DNA of 64,000 bases. Origin: Gemmatimonadales bacterium. GTDB taxonomy: Bacteria; Gemmatimonadota; Gemmatimonadetes; Gemmatimonadales; GWC2-71-9. The notes beneath the pieces are model-generated. The model searched no databases, was not told the DNA's origin, and saw only the letters and a program-made list of their open reading frames with translations. Numbering within the stretch: position 1 is the first letter of the stretch; the number at the start of each line of letters is the position of its first letter. The stretch spans positions 2,061-66,060 of the forward strand of contig JBKJMX010000060.1 of assembly GCA_046596135.1 (NCBI GenBank). Direction: 5' to 3'. A program made the position numbers and the translations under genes. Shown here in pieces: positions 15,817 through 24,603 of this stretch.

Positions 15817-17396
15817 TTCGCGATATCCGACGCGCGCGTCTCGCGGATGACGGTGACCCGAATCTGGCCGGGATACTGCAGCTCGGACTCGATTCGGCGC
15901 GCGATGGCTTCGGACAACACCTGCGCCTGTGCATCGTCGACCTGGTCGGGCTTGACGATCACCCGAACCTCGCGTCCGGCCTGGATCACCGTGCACTTCT
16001 CGACGCCCGGACTCTCCTTGGCGATCTCCTCCAGGCGAGTCAGCCGTTTCATGTACGTCTCGAACGCCTCGCGCCGCGCACCTGGGCGCGAACCGCTGAT
16101 CGCATCGGAGGCCTGCACCAGCACCGACTCGGTGCTCTCGTGCGGGACGTCATCGTGATGCGCCTCGATGCAGTTGATGACCGCCGCCGACTCGCCATAC
16201 TTGCGCGCCATCTCGACACCGAGCTGCACGTGCGTGCCCTCGTGGTCGTGGGTCAGCACCTTCCCGACATCGTGCAGTAGTGCGCCGCGCCGCGCGAGGT
16301 TGACATCGGCGTGCAGTTCAGCCGCCATCATCCCCGCGAGCCAGGCGACTTCCTTGGAATGTTCGTAGAGGTTCTGGCCATACGAGGAGCGATAACGCAT
16401 CCGCCCCACCAGTCGCACCAGTTCCGGATGCAGTCCGTGCACGCCGACGTCGTGCGCGGCGCGCTCACCCAGCTCGACGAGTTGCCCGTCGAGTTCCGAT
16501 TGTGCCTTCTGCACCAGCTCCTCGATGCGTCCCGGATGGATGCGGCCATCCGCCACGAGCGCATCGAGGGCACGGCGGGCGACTTCGCGTCGGATCGGGT
16601 CGAAGCAGGAAATCACGACGGTGTCGGGCGTGTCGTCGATGATCACATCGACACCGGTGGCGAGCTCGAAGGCGCGAATGTTCCGTCCCTCGCGGCCGAT
16701 GATCCGTCCCTTCATCTCGTCGGTGGGGAGCGCGACGGCGGCAACGGTCGATTCTGCTGTGTGTTCGGAGGCAAGGCGCTGGCTCGCCATCGCGATGATG
16801 CGGCGCGCGTCCTTGTCGGCATTGCGCTTGGCCTGCTCGCGGATGTCGCGCCCGAGCGCCGCCGCTTGCGCCCGCGCCTCGTCCTCGACCTGCTGGCGAA
16901 CCTCCTGGGCGGCGTCGGCCGCACTCAGCGATGCCACGCGCTCCAGGCGTCGCTGGACCTCCTGCGTGTCGCGGCCGAGGGCCTCGCGGCCCGACACGAG
17001 CTCATCCTCGCCCTGCTTGAGGCCTGCGCGGCGCATCTCGATCGCGCGATCATCGGCGCGGAACCGATCCTCACGCTCACCGAGCTGCGCATCGCGATCG
17101 GCGAGCCGACGCTCCATCCGGTCCGCGTCCTCACGGCGCTTCGCGGCGTCGCGTCCTGCCTCCTCCTTCAGCGCCAGCGCCTCCTCGCGCGCCATGACGA
17201 GCTGGCGCTCACGGAGCAGTACCGCCTCCCGTTCGGCGGCATCCTGCCGCGCGTGGATGTCTGCATTGGCCCGGTCGACCAACGCGCGCATCGACCGCCC
17301 TACCGAGGCGAGTCGCCAATTCCAGAGGAGGATGCCGAGGAGCGCGCCCAGCGCCGCCCCAACCCCCAGCCCGATCAGGAGCGTCGATTCCATCAT
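15813..17396 (-). CDS. rny: ribonuclease Y
   Basis: 527 aa with an N-terminal membrane helix, a charged coiled coil, a KH domain (GRIIGREGRNIRAFE) and an HD domain (LLHDVGK...EAHHDD). Confidence 0.95.
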   Translation of the reverse strand: MMESTLLIGLGVGAALGALLGILLWNWRLASVGRSMRALVDRANADIHARQDAAEREAVLLRERQLVMAREEALALKEEAGRDAAKRREDADRMERRLADRDAQLGEREDRFRADDRAIEMRRAGLKQGEDELVSGREALGRDTQEVQRRLERVASLSAADAAQEVRQQVEDEARAQAAALGRDIREQAKRNADKDARRIIAMASQRLASEHTAESTVAAVALPTDEMKGRIIGREGRNIRAFELATGVDVIIDDTPDTVVISCFDPIRREVARRALDALVADGRIHPGRIEELVQKAQSELDGQLVELGERAAHDVGVHGLHPELVRLVGRMRYRSSYGQNLYEHSKEVAWLAGMMAAELHADVNLARRGALLHDVGKVLTHDHEGTHVQLGVEMARKYGESAAVINCIEAHHDDVPHESTESVLVQASDAISGSRPGARREAFETYMKRLTRLEEIAKESPGVEKCTVIQAGREVRVIVKPDQVDDAQAQVLSEAIARRIESELQYPGQIRVTVIRETRASDIAK

Positions 17397-17430
17397 CTAT
17401 CCTCGCCCGGCGTCGCTTGCCGGTTCGCGG

Positions 17431-17742
17431 TCAATCGCTCCCACCGCGGGTACCCCGCTTGGCGGGCGGCAGGAGGCGTGCAAGGTCCTCGGTGAGTCCC
17501 TCGATTCGGGTGGCGACTTCCGTATCGGTCCGGCGCGAGCGGAAGAGTTCGTCCGTGACGGCGAGGCCGGCAAGGATCGCGGCCTTGTGCGCCTCGATCG
17601 CGGGCGCCATCGCACGAATGTGTCGGAGGGCGTCGTCGTAGTACGCGGCCACCTCCCGGGTGTACTCTGGCGGAAGCTCGGAGCGCACGTTGAGCTCCTC
17701 GCCGCCGACCACCACGCGGACCGACTGCTTGTTGACGCTCAT
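17431..17742 (-). CDS. zapA: cell division protein ZapA
   Basis: 103 aa, VRVVVGGEELNVRSELPPEYTREVAAYYDDALRHIR, followed by a helical tail. This is the typical ZapA layout and the pheT-proximal position. Confidence 0.8.
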   Translation of the reverse strand: MSVNKQSVRVVVGGEELNVRSELPPEYTREVAAYYDDALRHIRAMAPAIEAHKAAILAGLAVTDELFRSRRTDTEVATRIEGLTEDLARLLPPAKRGTRGGSD

Positions 17743-18053
17743 CGCGGAACTCCGCTGTCGTGCTCGGTCTCGAGGAACGCCAGGCGCTGCTGGAGTCGGG
17801 CCACCATGTCGCGGGCGCGGTCGACCCGGTTGCGGAGGTCGAGGTTTTCGCGCTCCAGGTCAAGCATGCGGCCGGTCACCTTGTGCACCTGGTCACCGGG
17901 CACCATGCCATCGCGCGCCTTGAGCGATTGCAACTCGCCCTCCGCCTTGAGGCAGCGACGGCGCCAGGCAGCGAGTTCATCAGTGAGATGACGCAGCACG
18001 CGCTCGAGTTCACCGAGCGCGGCGGCATCAGGACGAACGTAGGGAGACGTCAA
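17739..18053 (-). CDS. hypothetical coiled-coil protein
   Basis: 104 aa with a TTG start. It is predicted almost entirely helical/coiled (LKAEGELQSLKA...LDLERENLDLRNRVDRARDMVARLQQRL). It has a 4-nt overlap with zapA and a 26-nt overlap with the pheT 3' end. Confidence 0.6.
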   Translation of the reverse strand: MTSPYVRPDAAALGELERVLRHLTDELAAWRRRCLKAEGELQSLKARDGMVPGDQVHKVTGRMLDLERENLDLRNRVDRARDMVARLQQRLAFLETEHDSGVPR

Positions 18054-20406
18054 GCTCTCGCTCCAGCGAAGTGCGGAGTCGACCGGTCGCCTGGTCGACT
18101 TCGGTATCAGTCAGGGTCCGATGATCGCTGCGGAACACCAGTCGCACCGTCACGCTCCGGGTACCAGCGCCCACTGCGGGGTCTCGGTACTCATCGATGA
18201 CATGCACCGCACGCAGGTCGTGCCGAGCGCCACGCTGGACGAGCAGCGACGAGATCTCCGCGACAGCTCGGCCCGCAGGGACCTGGAGCGTCAAGTCGCG
18301 GGTCACCGCGGGGAAGGTCGGCAGCGGTGCAAACTTCGCATGACCGCGGTCGACGGTCCCGAGCTCGATCTCGCCGGCGAACAGCGGCGCGGCCCAGGGC
18401 GGCGAGTCGGCGGTGATGGGGCCGGCGTGGCCAATGCGCCGACCATCGGTTGCGTGCACCGCCCAGCCGTCCCCCTCAACTTGGAGCGCCGCGCCGGGAT
18501 GCGCCAGACCGACGAGCTGTTGGAGCAGGTTCTTTGCATCCCACCGGTCCCACGTTTGCGGGTCAGCGTCGTTCCAGTGCGCCGGCTGCCGCCGCCCCGT
18601 GAGGGCGAACGCCGCGTGTTGCGCCTCGCGCGGAGCCGCTCCGAGCCGCTCCGCCGCGGTGAATACGGTACCGACTTCGAAGAGTCGGACATCGCCGATG
18701 TGTGCGGCCCAGTTGCGCTCAACTTCCGTGGTGAGTGCCGGCACGAGCGCTGGCCGCAGGCAACGATGGTCATTCGACAGCGGATTGAGCAGCACAGGAG
18801 CTCGGGGGTCGCCTGCGGCCACCATCGGCAGCGTCAGGACCTCGGAGATCCCGGCGGCAACCAGCACCTGCCGCGCGCGATGCGCAGCGGCCCACCCCGC
18901 ATCGTCAGGCCGAAAGACCGGACGGACCGGTCCCACCGTACCGGGAATCGCATCATATCCGTGGATCCGCGCGACTTCCTCGATCAAGTCGATTTCGGCG
19001 ACGAGATCGGGGCGCCATCCGGGAACGTCGACCGCAATGCGGGCGTCGTCAGGCTTGGAGACCACGGTCGCGCCGATCGCCACGAGACACCGCTCGATCT
19101 CGCGCCAGTCGAGATCGAGCCCAAGTACTTGTACCACCCGCGACGGACGCAGGAAGATGCGGGGGGGGTGCGAGGGTGCCGGGAAGCAATCGAGCGTCGG
19201 CAGGTCGATCGTGCCGCCGGTTACGCTGGCCAGGAGCCGCATAGCACGGCGGAAGGCGTCGACTGCGCCCCACCGGTCGGTGCCACGCTCGAATCGCTGG
19301 GAGGCATCGGTGGTCATGCCGAGCGCACGTCGCGCCGCGCGAACCCGGGAGGGGTCGAACGCGGCACACTCGAGCAACACATTGGTCGTGGCGGAAGTCA
19401 CCTCCGAATCCCGGCCGCCCATCACGCCGGCGATACCGATGGCGCCTTCCCCGTCGACGATCACCAGCGCCCCATCGGGAATCGTGCGCGTCGATCCGTC
19501 GAGGGTAACGAGCACTTCGCCGGCCGCGGCGGGACGCACACCGATGGCCGATCCGCGCAGCGCATCGGCGTCGTAGGCGTGCATCGGCTGGTTGAGTTCG
19601 AACATCACGTAATTGGTGACGTCGACCACGTTGTTGATCGAGCGCACGCCCACGGCGGTCAGGCGCTGCCGCAACCACTCCGGCGAAGGCCCGATGTTCA
19701 CGTTGCGAACCACCCCCGCCAGAAACCGCGTACATCCCTGTCGGTCGGCAATGGACACGGTGATCCCGCTCGTGGCGCCCGAATCTGACGCTCGTTCCGG
19801 TGGCGGCACGTCGGTGGCCGAGAGACCCGGGATCTCCGGGAGCCGGAACGGGACGTTGAGTGATGCGGCGAGCTCGCGGGCGATTCCCTTGTGGCCGAAG
19901 AGGTCGGGTCGATTTGGCGTGACATCGACCAGGAGCCGCTCGTCGCCGCCGCCAAGCACCGAAGCCACCGGAGTGCCGTTGGGGGCGTCGGTCTCGAGCG
20001 TCAGCAGGCCGTCGTGCTCGTCGCCGAGTCCGAGTTCGCGGGCCGAGCAGAGCATGCCCTCAGAGACCTCTCCGCGCAGCTTGCGGCGTTCGATCACCAT
20101 CCCGCCTGGCATGGTGGTGCCGAGGCGGGCGAAGGGATACCGGCCACCTGCCACGACGTTCGGTGCACCGCACACCACCGACCACGTCGAACCGCTGCCA
20201 TCGTCGACAGTCGTAACGCGGAGCTTGTCGGCATCGGGATGCGCGCGCACCTCGGTGACGGTCGCGACCACGAATGCGGAGAGATCGGCTCCGATCGGCT
20301 CGATGGCGTCAACCGGTGCGCCCAGCATCGCCAGCCGGTTCGCGATATCGGTGGCCTCCAGCGGTCGGCGCAGGAACGCCTCGAGCCACGCGCGCGACGC
20401 GTTCAT
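18028..20406 (-). CDS. pheT: phenylalanine--tRNA ligase beta subunit
   Basis: 792 aa with an N-terminal tRNA-binding domain (VVATVTEVRAHPDADKLRVTTVDDG), then B3/4, B5 and a C-terminal anticodon-binding-like domain. It overlaps pheS by 4 nt. Confidence 0.96.
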   Translation of the reverse strand: MNASRAWLEAFLRRPLEATDIANRLAMLGAPVDAIEPIGADLSAFVVATVTEVRAHPDADKLRVTTVDDGSGSTWSVVCGAPNVVAGGRYPFARLGTTMPGGMVIERRKLRGEVSEGMLCSARELGLGDEHDGLLTLETDAPNGTPVASVLGGGDERLLVDVTPNRPDLFGHKGIARELAASLNVPFRLPEIPGLSATDVPPPERASDSGATSGITVSIADRQGCTRFLAGVVRNVNIGPSPEWLRQRLTAVGVRSINNVVDVTNYVMFELNQPMHAYDADALRGSAIGVRPAAAGEVLVTLDGSTRTIPDGALVIVDGEGAIGIAGVMGGRDSEVTSATTNVLLECAAFDPSRVRAARRALGMTTDASQRFERGTDRWGAVDAFRRAMRLLASVTGGTIDLPTLDCFPAPSHPPRIFLRPSRVVQVLGLDLDWREIERCLVAIGATVVSKPDDARIAVDVPGWRPDLVAEIDLIEEVARIHGYDAIPGTVGPVRPVFRPDDAGWAAAHRARQVLVAAGISEVLTLPMVAAGDPRAPVLLNPLSNDHRCLRPALVPALTTEVERNWAAHIGDVRLFEVGTVFTAAERLGAAPREAQHAAFALTGRRQPAHWNDADPQTWDRWDAKNLLQQLVGLAHPGAALQVEGDGWAVHATDGRRIGHAGPITADSPPWAAPLFAGEIELGTVDRGHAKFAPLPTFPAVTRDLTLQVPAGRAVAEISSLLVQRGARHDLRAVHVIDEYRDPAVGAGTRSVTVRLVFRSDHRTLTDTEVDQATGRLRTSLERELDVSLRSS

Positions 20407-21470
20407 GATCCCACCGAACGGAACTGCTGCAGGAACCGCATGTCACCGGCGTAAAGATGGCGGATGTCGGGCACGCCATGGCGCAGCATCGCGATGCGCT
20501 GCGGACCCATCCCGAACGCGAAGCCAGTCCACCGCTCGGGATCGACGCCACAATTGCGCAGCACGTTCTCGTGCACCATCCCGCAACCGAGTATCTCCAT
20601 CCATCCCGTTCCCTTGCACGCGGCGCAGCCATGTCCGCCGCACAGTTGGCACGACACGTCCATCTCGGCGGATGGCTCGGTAAACGGGAAAAATGATGGC
20701 CGGAAGCGCACCGGCGTACCGGGCCCGAAGAACCGCTCGGCGAAATGCGCGAGTGTCGCCTTGAGATCGACGAACGTGACGCCCTCGTCAACGGCGAGTC
20801 CCTCGATCTGCGCGAACGCCGGGGCGTGCGAGGGATCGAAGGGATCGTTGCGGTACACCGTCCCGGGTATCACGACGCGGTACGGTGGCGGCCCCTCCCG
20901 CATCACGCGCACCTGCACGGGCGAGGTGTGGGTGCGGAGCAGCAACCTTTCTCCCGCTGCCGGCACGGTGCCGTGGGGATCGAGGTAGAGGGTGTCGTGC
21001 ATGTCCATGGCGGGATGATCGGGCGCAAAGTTGAGGGCGCCGAAGTTGTGCTCCTCGGTCTCGACCTCCGGACCGAGCGCCACGGAGAAGCCGAGTGCGC
21101 GGAAGATCTCCACGATCTCGTCGATCACCACGGTGACAGGGTGCAGCGTGCCGTGCCACGACTCGCGGGCCGGCATGGTCAGGTCGATCCTTGCTGCGTC
21201 ACGCTGACGATCCGCATCGGCCAGCTCGACGCGCCGTGCGCCAATTGCGGTCTCGAACTCCACCTTGAGCGCATTGAGCAATGCCCCTTGCGCACGCTTC
21301 TCGTCGATGGAGAGCGTTGCAAGGCCCTTGAGGCGACGCGTCAGTTCGCCCTGCTTGCGCCCCAGGATCGCGATGTCCTCGGCTTCGAGGGCACCGGCAT
21401 CGAGCGTGGCGATGGCGGCGAGGCGATCGCGCAGGTTGGTGACCGGGGATTCTTCGATGGGTGCGGACAT
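20403..21470 (-). CDS. pheS: phenylalanine--tRNA ligase alpha subunit
   Basis: Track ORF trimmed to the ATG at 21470 (MSAPIEESP...). Class II motifs are present: FRPSFFPFTEPSAEMDV and GCGMVHENVLRNCG. Confidence 0.95.
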   Translation of the reverse strand: MSAPIEESPVTNLRDRLAAIATLDAGALEAEDIAILGRKQGELTRRLKGLATLSIDEKRAQGALLNALKVEFETAIGARRVELADADRQRDAARIDLTMPARESWHGTLHPVTVVIDEIVEIFRALGFSVALGPEVETEEHNFGALNFAPDHPAMDMHDTLYLDPHGTVPAAGERLLLRTHTSPVQVRVMREGPPPYRVVIPGTVYRNDPFDPSHAPAFAQIEGLAVDEGVTFVDLKATLAHFAERFFGPGTPVRFRPSFFPFTEPSAEMDVSCQLCGGHGCAACKGTGWMEILGCGMVHENVLRNCGVDPERWTGFAFGMGPQRIAMLRHGVPDIRHLYAGDMRFLQQFRSVGS

Positions 21471-21507
21471 GCGACTCCGGTTGGCGCAGCGGGACAAATG
21501 CGACAGC

Positions 21508-21537
21508 GGGGCCGTCCGTACAACGACGGTCGGCCCC
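21508..21537 (-). terminator. GC-rich hairpin between rplT and pheS (terminator/attenuator candidate)
   Basis: The minus strand reads GGGGCCG-A-CCGT-CGTTGT-ACGG-A-CGGCCCC, a 7+4 bp stem. It lies 25 nt after the rplT stop and 38 nt before the pheS ATG. There is no clear U-tract. Confidence 0.4.
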
Positions 21538-21561
21538 ACCCGGTGGCTTCACGCGGTCGGC

Positions 21562-21921
21562 TTATGCCGCCTGGTGCGCCTTGGCCACCTCGGCGATCGC
21601 CGCAAACGCGTCAGCATCATGCACGGCGAGGTCGGCGAGCACCTTGCGGTTGATGTCGAGCCCGGCAGCCTTGAGGCCGGCCATGAAGCGCGAGTACGAA
21701 ATCTCGTGCAGGCGCGCTGCGGCACCGATGCGCGTGATCCAGAGGCGGCGGAAGTCGCCCTTCTTCTTCCGGCGGTCGCGGTAGGCGTATGCCATGCCGC
21801 GTTCGACGTTTTCCTTGGCCGCCTTGTAGAGCTTGCTGCGGGCGCCCACGCCGCCCTTGGCGGCGGCCATGATCTTCTTCTTGCGCGCATGATGCGCGGG
21901 ACCGTTCTTGACCCGTGACAT
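21562..21921 (-). CDS. rplT: 50S ribosomal protein L20
   Basis: MSRVKNGPAHHARKKKIMAAAKGGVGARSKLYKAAKENVERGMAYAYRDRRKKKGDFRRLWITRI. Confidence 0.97.
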   Translation of the reverse strand: MSRVKNGPAHHARKKKIMAAAKGGVGARSKLYKAAKENVERGMAYAYRDRRKKKGDFRRLWITRIGAAARLHEISYSRFMAGLKAAGLDINRKVLADLAVHDADAFAAIAEVAKAHQAA

Positions 21922-21932
21922 GTCCTAGTTCC

Positions 21933-22127
21933 TCACGCCTGAAGCAGCTTGATCGTACGTGGATAGTCCGCCGAACTCACGAGGGCAGACTTGCCAAGCT
22001 GGTTCTTCCGCTTGGTGGTCTTCTTCGTGAGGATGTGGCGCTTGTTGGCACGGCTGCGCTTGATCTTGCCTGTTCCCGTGATCGAGAACCGCTTCATCGC
22101 CGCGCGCTTCGTCTTCTGCTTCGGCAT
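21933..22127 (-). CDS. rpmI: 50S ribosomal protein L35
   Basis: [41 protein letters not shown]. Confidence 0.96.
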   Translation of the reverse strand: MPKQKTKRAAMKRFSITGTGKIKRSRANKRHILTKKTTKRKNQLGKSALVSSADYPRTIKLLQA

Positions 22128-22157
22128 TGCTCCCCCGTTCCTGCCCGTGCTCGCGCC

Positions 22158-22679
22158 TCAGCGCGGCGCGAGCACCATGATCATGTTGCGGCCGTCGAGT
22201 TTCGCTTCCTGCTCGACCTTGCCGATATCCGTGAGCGCAGCAGCGACCCGATCGAGCACCGCCTTGCCGAGCTCGGTGTGGGCGATCTGCCGCCCGCGGA
22301 ACATCATCGTCACCTTGACCTTGTTCCCCTCACCGAGGAACTCGCGGGCGTGCCGCGTCTTGAAGTCGAAATCGTGATCGTCGATGCCCGGTCGGTACTT
22401 CACTTCCTTCAGGTGGATCACGTGCTGCTTCTTCTTCGCCGCCCGTGCCGCCTTTGCCTCCTCGAACTTGTACTTCCCGTAGTCCATGATCTTGACCACA
22501 GGGGGGCGCGCCATCGGCGCCACCTCGACCAGGTCGAATCCGCGCTCGGCCGCAGCGGCCAGCGCCTCCTCGATCGGCAGCACGCCGAGCTGCTCGCCGT
22601 CCGCCGTCACTACACGAACCGGCGAGATGCGGATCTGCCGGTTTACTCGAGTCCGTCGGTCGCGATCAAAGCTCGACAG
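22158..22679 (-). CDS. infC: translation initiation factor IF-3
   Basis: The conserved body is NRQIRISPVRVVTADGEQLGVLPIEEALAAAAERGFDLVEVAPMARPPVVKIMDYGKYKFEE...KVKVTMMFRGRQIAH. The 5' end is set at an in-frame CTG (22679) preceded by AGGGGGAG. No ATG/GTG/TTG lies between the leader GTGs (the last at about 22751) and a GTG inside the conserved N-domain. The start is uncertain. Confidence 0.9.
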   Translation of the reverse strand: MSSFDRDRRTRVNRQIRISPVRVVTADGEQLGVLPIEEALAAAAERGFDLVEVAPMARPPVVKIMDYGKYKFEEAKAARAAKKKQHVIHLKEVKYRPGIDDHDFDFKTRHAREFLGEGNKVKVTMMFRGRQIAHTELGKAVLDRVAAALTDIGKVEQEAKLDGRNMIMVLAPR

Positions 22680-22702
22680 TGGCGCTCCCCCTGTAACAGG
22701 AC

Positions 22703-22736
22703 AAAAAAGAACACCCGGCCAGTTGGCGGGGTGTCC
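22703..22736 (-). terminator. intrinsic-terminator-like hairpin plus U6 in the infC leader
   Basis: The minus strand reads GGACACCCCGCC-AACT-GGCCGGGTGTTC followed by TTTTTT. The stem is 12 bp with one mismatch and one G-U pair. It ends 23 nt upstream of the proposed infC start and lies 134 nt downstream of the MBL-hydrolase stop. Confidence 0.6.
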
Positions 22737-22869
22737 GTAGAGGCGCACCGCGGTCCCGGAGGACCGGATGCTTATGACTCTCGGACCCGTTCGCTCGAAC
22801 TTCAGCTGAGGGTGGGACAGTCTCCTGTCCACTTGAACAGGCTGAAACTACCCGGTTTTAAGCTCCGAG

Positions 22870-23790
22870 TCAACCCCCAGAGCCGGCGCGGCGCGGCGCG
22901 GGGAGCCGTTCGACGAGCGTTACCCCCCGGTCACCCGGCGCAAGTCGACCGCCAACCGTGTCGGCGTCGTGCTCGAAGACCACCCGCCACCCCTCGGCCA
23001 TCCCCCGTTCGTAGAGTGCTCGCTTGCTTTCCAGCGTACGGATCGGCTCGACATCATACCCCATGATCCATGGCAGGGGGAGGTGGTGGGCAGTCGGGAT
23101 CGTGTCGGCGGGAAAGAGCAGCACCTCGCCGCCATTCTCGATCAGGATCGACATGTGCCACGGGGTGTGCCCCGGGGTCACCAGCGTACGGATCCCGGGT
23201 ACCACCGTGTCTCGCTCTCCCTCCAGGAACTGGACCTTCCCGGCTTCCAATACAGGCAGGAAGTTGTTCGACAGGTAGCTGGCGGTGGTTCGTTCGTTGG
23301 CAATGCCCGCCCACTCGTATTCGCGCCGGTGCATCACATAGCGAGCATTGGGAAAGGCGAGCTGCACCCGGCCCTGCGAATCGTCGGGAGCGATAAAGGT
23401 ATTCCCGCCAGCGTGATCGAAATGGAGATGGGTGTTGATGACGGTCCGGATGTCAGACGGGCTATGGCCCAGCTCGGCAATTGCATCTTCGATGGCGGTC
23501 CGGCCCCCTGCCCCCGCGTTCTCGATACCGTAGATCTCGATGAACTTTTCCGACTCCTTGTTGCCCACGCCGTTGTCGATGAGCACCAGGCCGTCGTCGT
23601 GCTCGATGAGCAGGCACCGCATGGTGAGCGCGATCCGGTTCCGCGCATCAGGCGTGATCCTCCGTTCCCAGAGTGGCTTGGGGACAACACCGAACATCGC
23701 GCCGCCGTCGAGCCGTTGACCACCGCCTTCGAGCGCGTGCACCACCAGACTGCCGACGCGCTGCGTAGTGACCCGGCTCACGGCCCACAC
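22870..23790 (-). CDS. MBL-fold metallo-hydrolase (lactonase-like)
   Basis: HLHFDHAGG metal-binding motif, TPGHTPWH and the overall beta-lactamase fold pattern. The start is either the GTG at 23790 or the GTG at 23781; the latter gives a 4-nt GTGA overlap with the upstream stop. Confidence 0.85.
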   Translation of the reverse strand: MWAVSRVTTQRVGSLVVHALEGGGQRLDGGAMFGVVPKPLWERRITPDARNRIALTMRCLLIEHDDGLVLIDNGVGNKESEKFIEIYGIENAGAGGRTAIEDAIAELGHSPSDIRTVINTHLHFDHAGGNTFIAPDDSQGRVQLAFPNARYVMHRREYEWAGIANERTTASYLSNNFLPVLEAGKVQFLEGERDTVVPGIRTLVTPGHTPWHMSILIENGGEVLLFPADTIPTAHHLPLPWIMGYDVEPIRTLESKRALYERGMAEGWRVVFEHDADTVGGRLAPGDRGVTLVERLPAPRRAGSGG

Positions 23791-24596
23791 TCCGCCACCG
23801 GAGTTCGGTGCAACGTCTCGAGATCGGCCAGCGTTCGCGCGCCTCGCTCCCGGGCCGCGCCAAGCAGCCGCTCAAGCAGCATTCCGGTGACGATGGCATC
23901 TCCCGCGGCCCGGTGCCGTGCCGGAAACTCCAGGCCAAACTTATGGGCCAGCGCCCCGAGCGAATACGACGACTCCTGCCGGATCAGGCGCCGTGCCAGG
24001 CGTACCGTGCACAGCCGCGGGCCGTCCAGCGCGAGATCGCGGGCGCGCCTTACCTCTGCGCAGACAAAGCCCCAGTCGAAGCGCGCATTGTGCGCCACGA
24101 ACACCCGGCCCGCCAGCGCCGCACACACCTGCTCCGCCACCTCGCAGAACCCAGGTGCACCTCGGACCATTTCATCGGTGATGCCGGTGAGCTGCACGAT
24201 GCGGGGCGGAATCGGACGACCCGGGTTGACGAGCGAATCGAAGATCACCTCACGTCGCGACCCGTGCACGATCACCACGGCAATCTCAGTCACCCGATCG
24301 TCACCGGCAGCCTGCATCCCGGTGGTCTCGACGTCGACTACGGCGAATGCGCACTCCTCCAGCAGCGGCGAGCCCATGGCCATCGCCACAAGCGCCCAGC
24401 GTCCATCGGACTGCTGCCGCACCCGCGGGTCAGCTCCGAGCAGGGCCATCGCGAGCCGCTCGGCGACCGCACGCGGGGCATTGGGAAGGCCGAGCACCCG
24501 GACGGACAGCTCGTCTGATGAGCAGGCGCCCACGCCGAGCAGCGTGATCGCGTGGTCGACGAGCGTTCCCTGGGGATGTGCGGTGAGACCGATCAC
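23778..24596 (-). CDS. DnaQ/epsilon-like 3'-5' exonuclease (DEDDh)
   Basis: Exo I FAVVDVETTG, Exo II VAHNARFDWGF and Exo III HRAAGDA motifs, after an N-terminal region of about 90 aa. The start is uncertain. The GTG at 24596 lies 8 nt after the rex stop. The ATG at 24632 (MHCSTERR...) and the TTG at 24659 would overlap rex. Confidence 0.82.
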   Translation of the reverse strand: MIGLTAHPQGTLVDHAITLLGVGACSSDELSVRVLGLPNAPRAVAERLAMALLGADPRVRQQSDGRWALVAMAMGSPLLEECAFAVVDVETTGMQAAGDDRVTEIAVVIVHGSRREVIFDSLVNPGRPIPPRIVQLTGITDEMVRGAPGFCEVAEQVCAALAGRVFVAHNARFDWGFVCAEVRRARDLALDGPRLCTVRLARRLIRQESSYSLGALAHKFGLEFPARHRAAGDAIVTGMLLERLLGAARERGARTLADLETLHRTPVAECGP

Positions 24597-24603
24597 GATT
24601 GCG

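Noticed and set aside
19161-19168. G8 homopolymer as a phase-variation switch.
   Set aside because: It lies inside essential pheT and encodes HPPR. It is almost certainly compositional.
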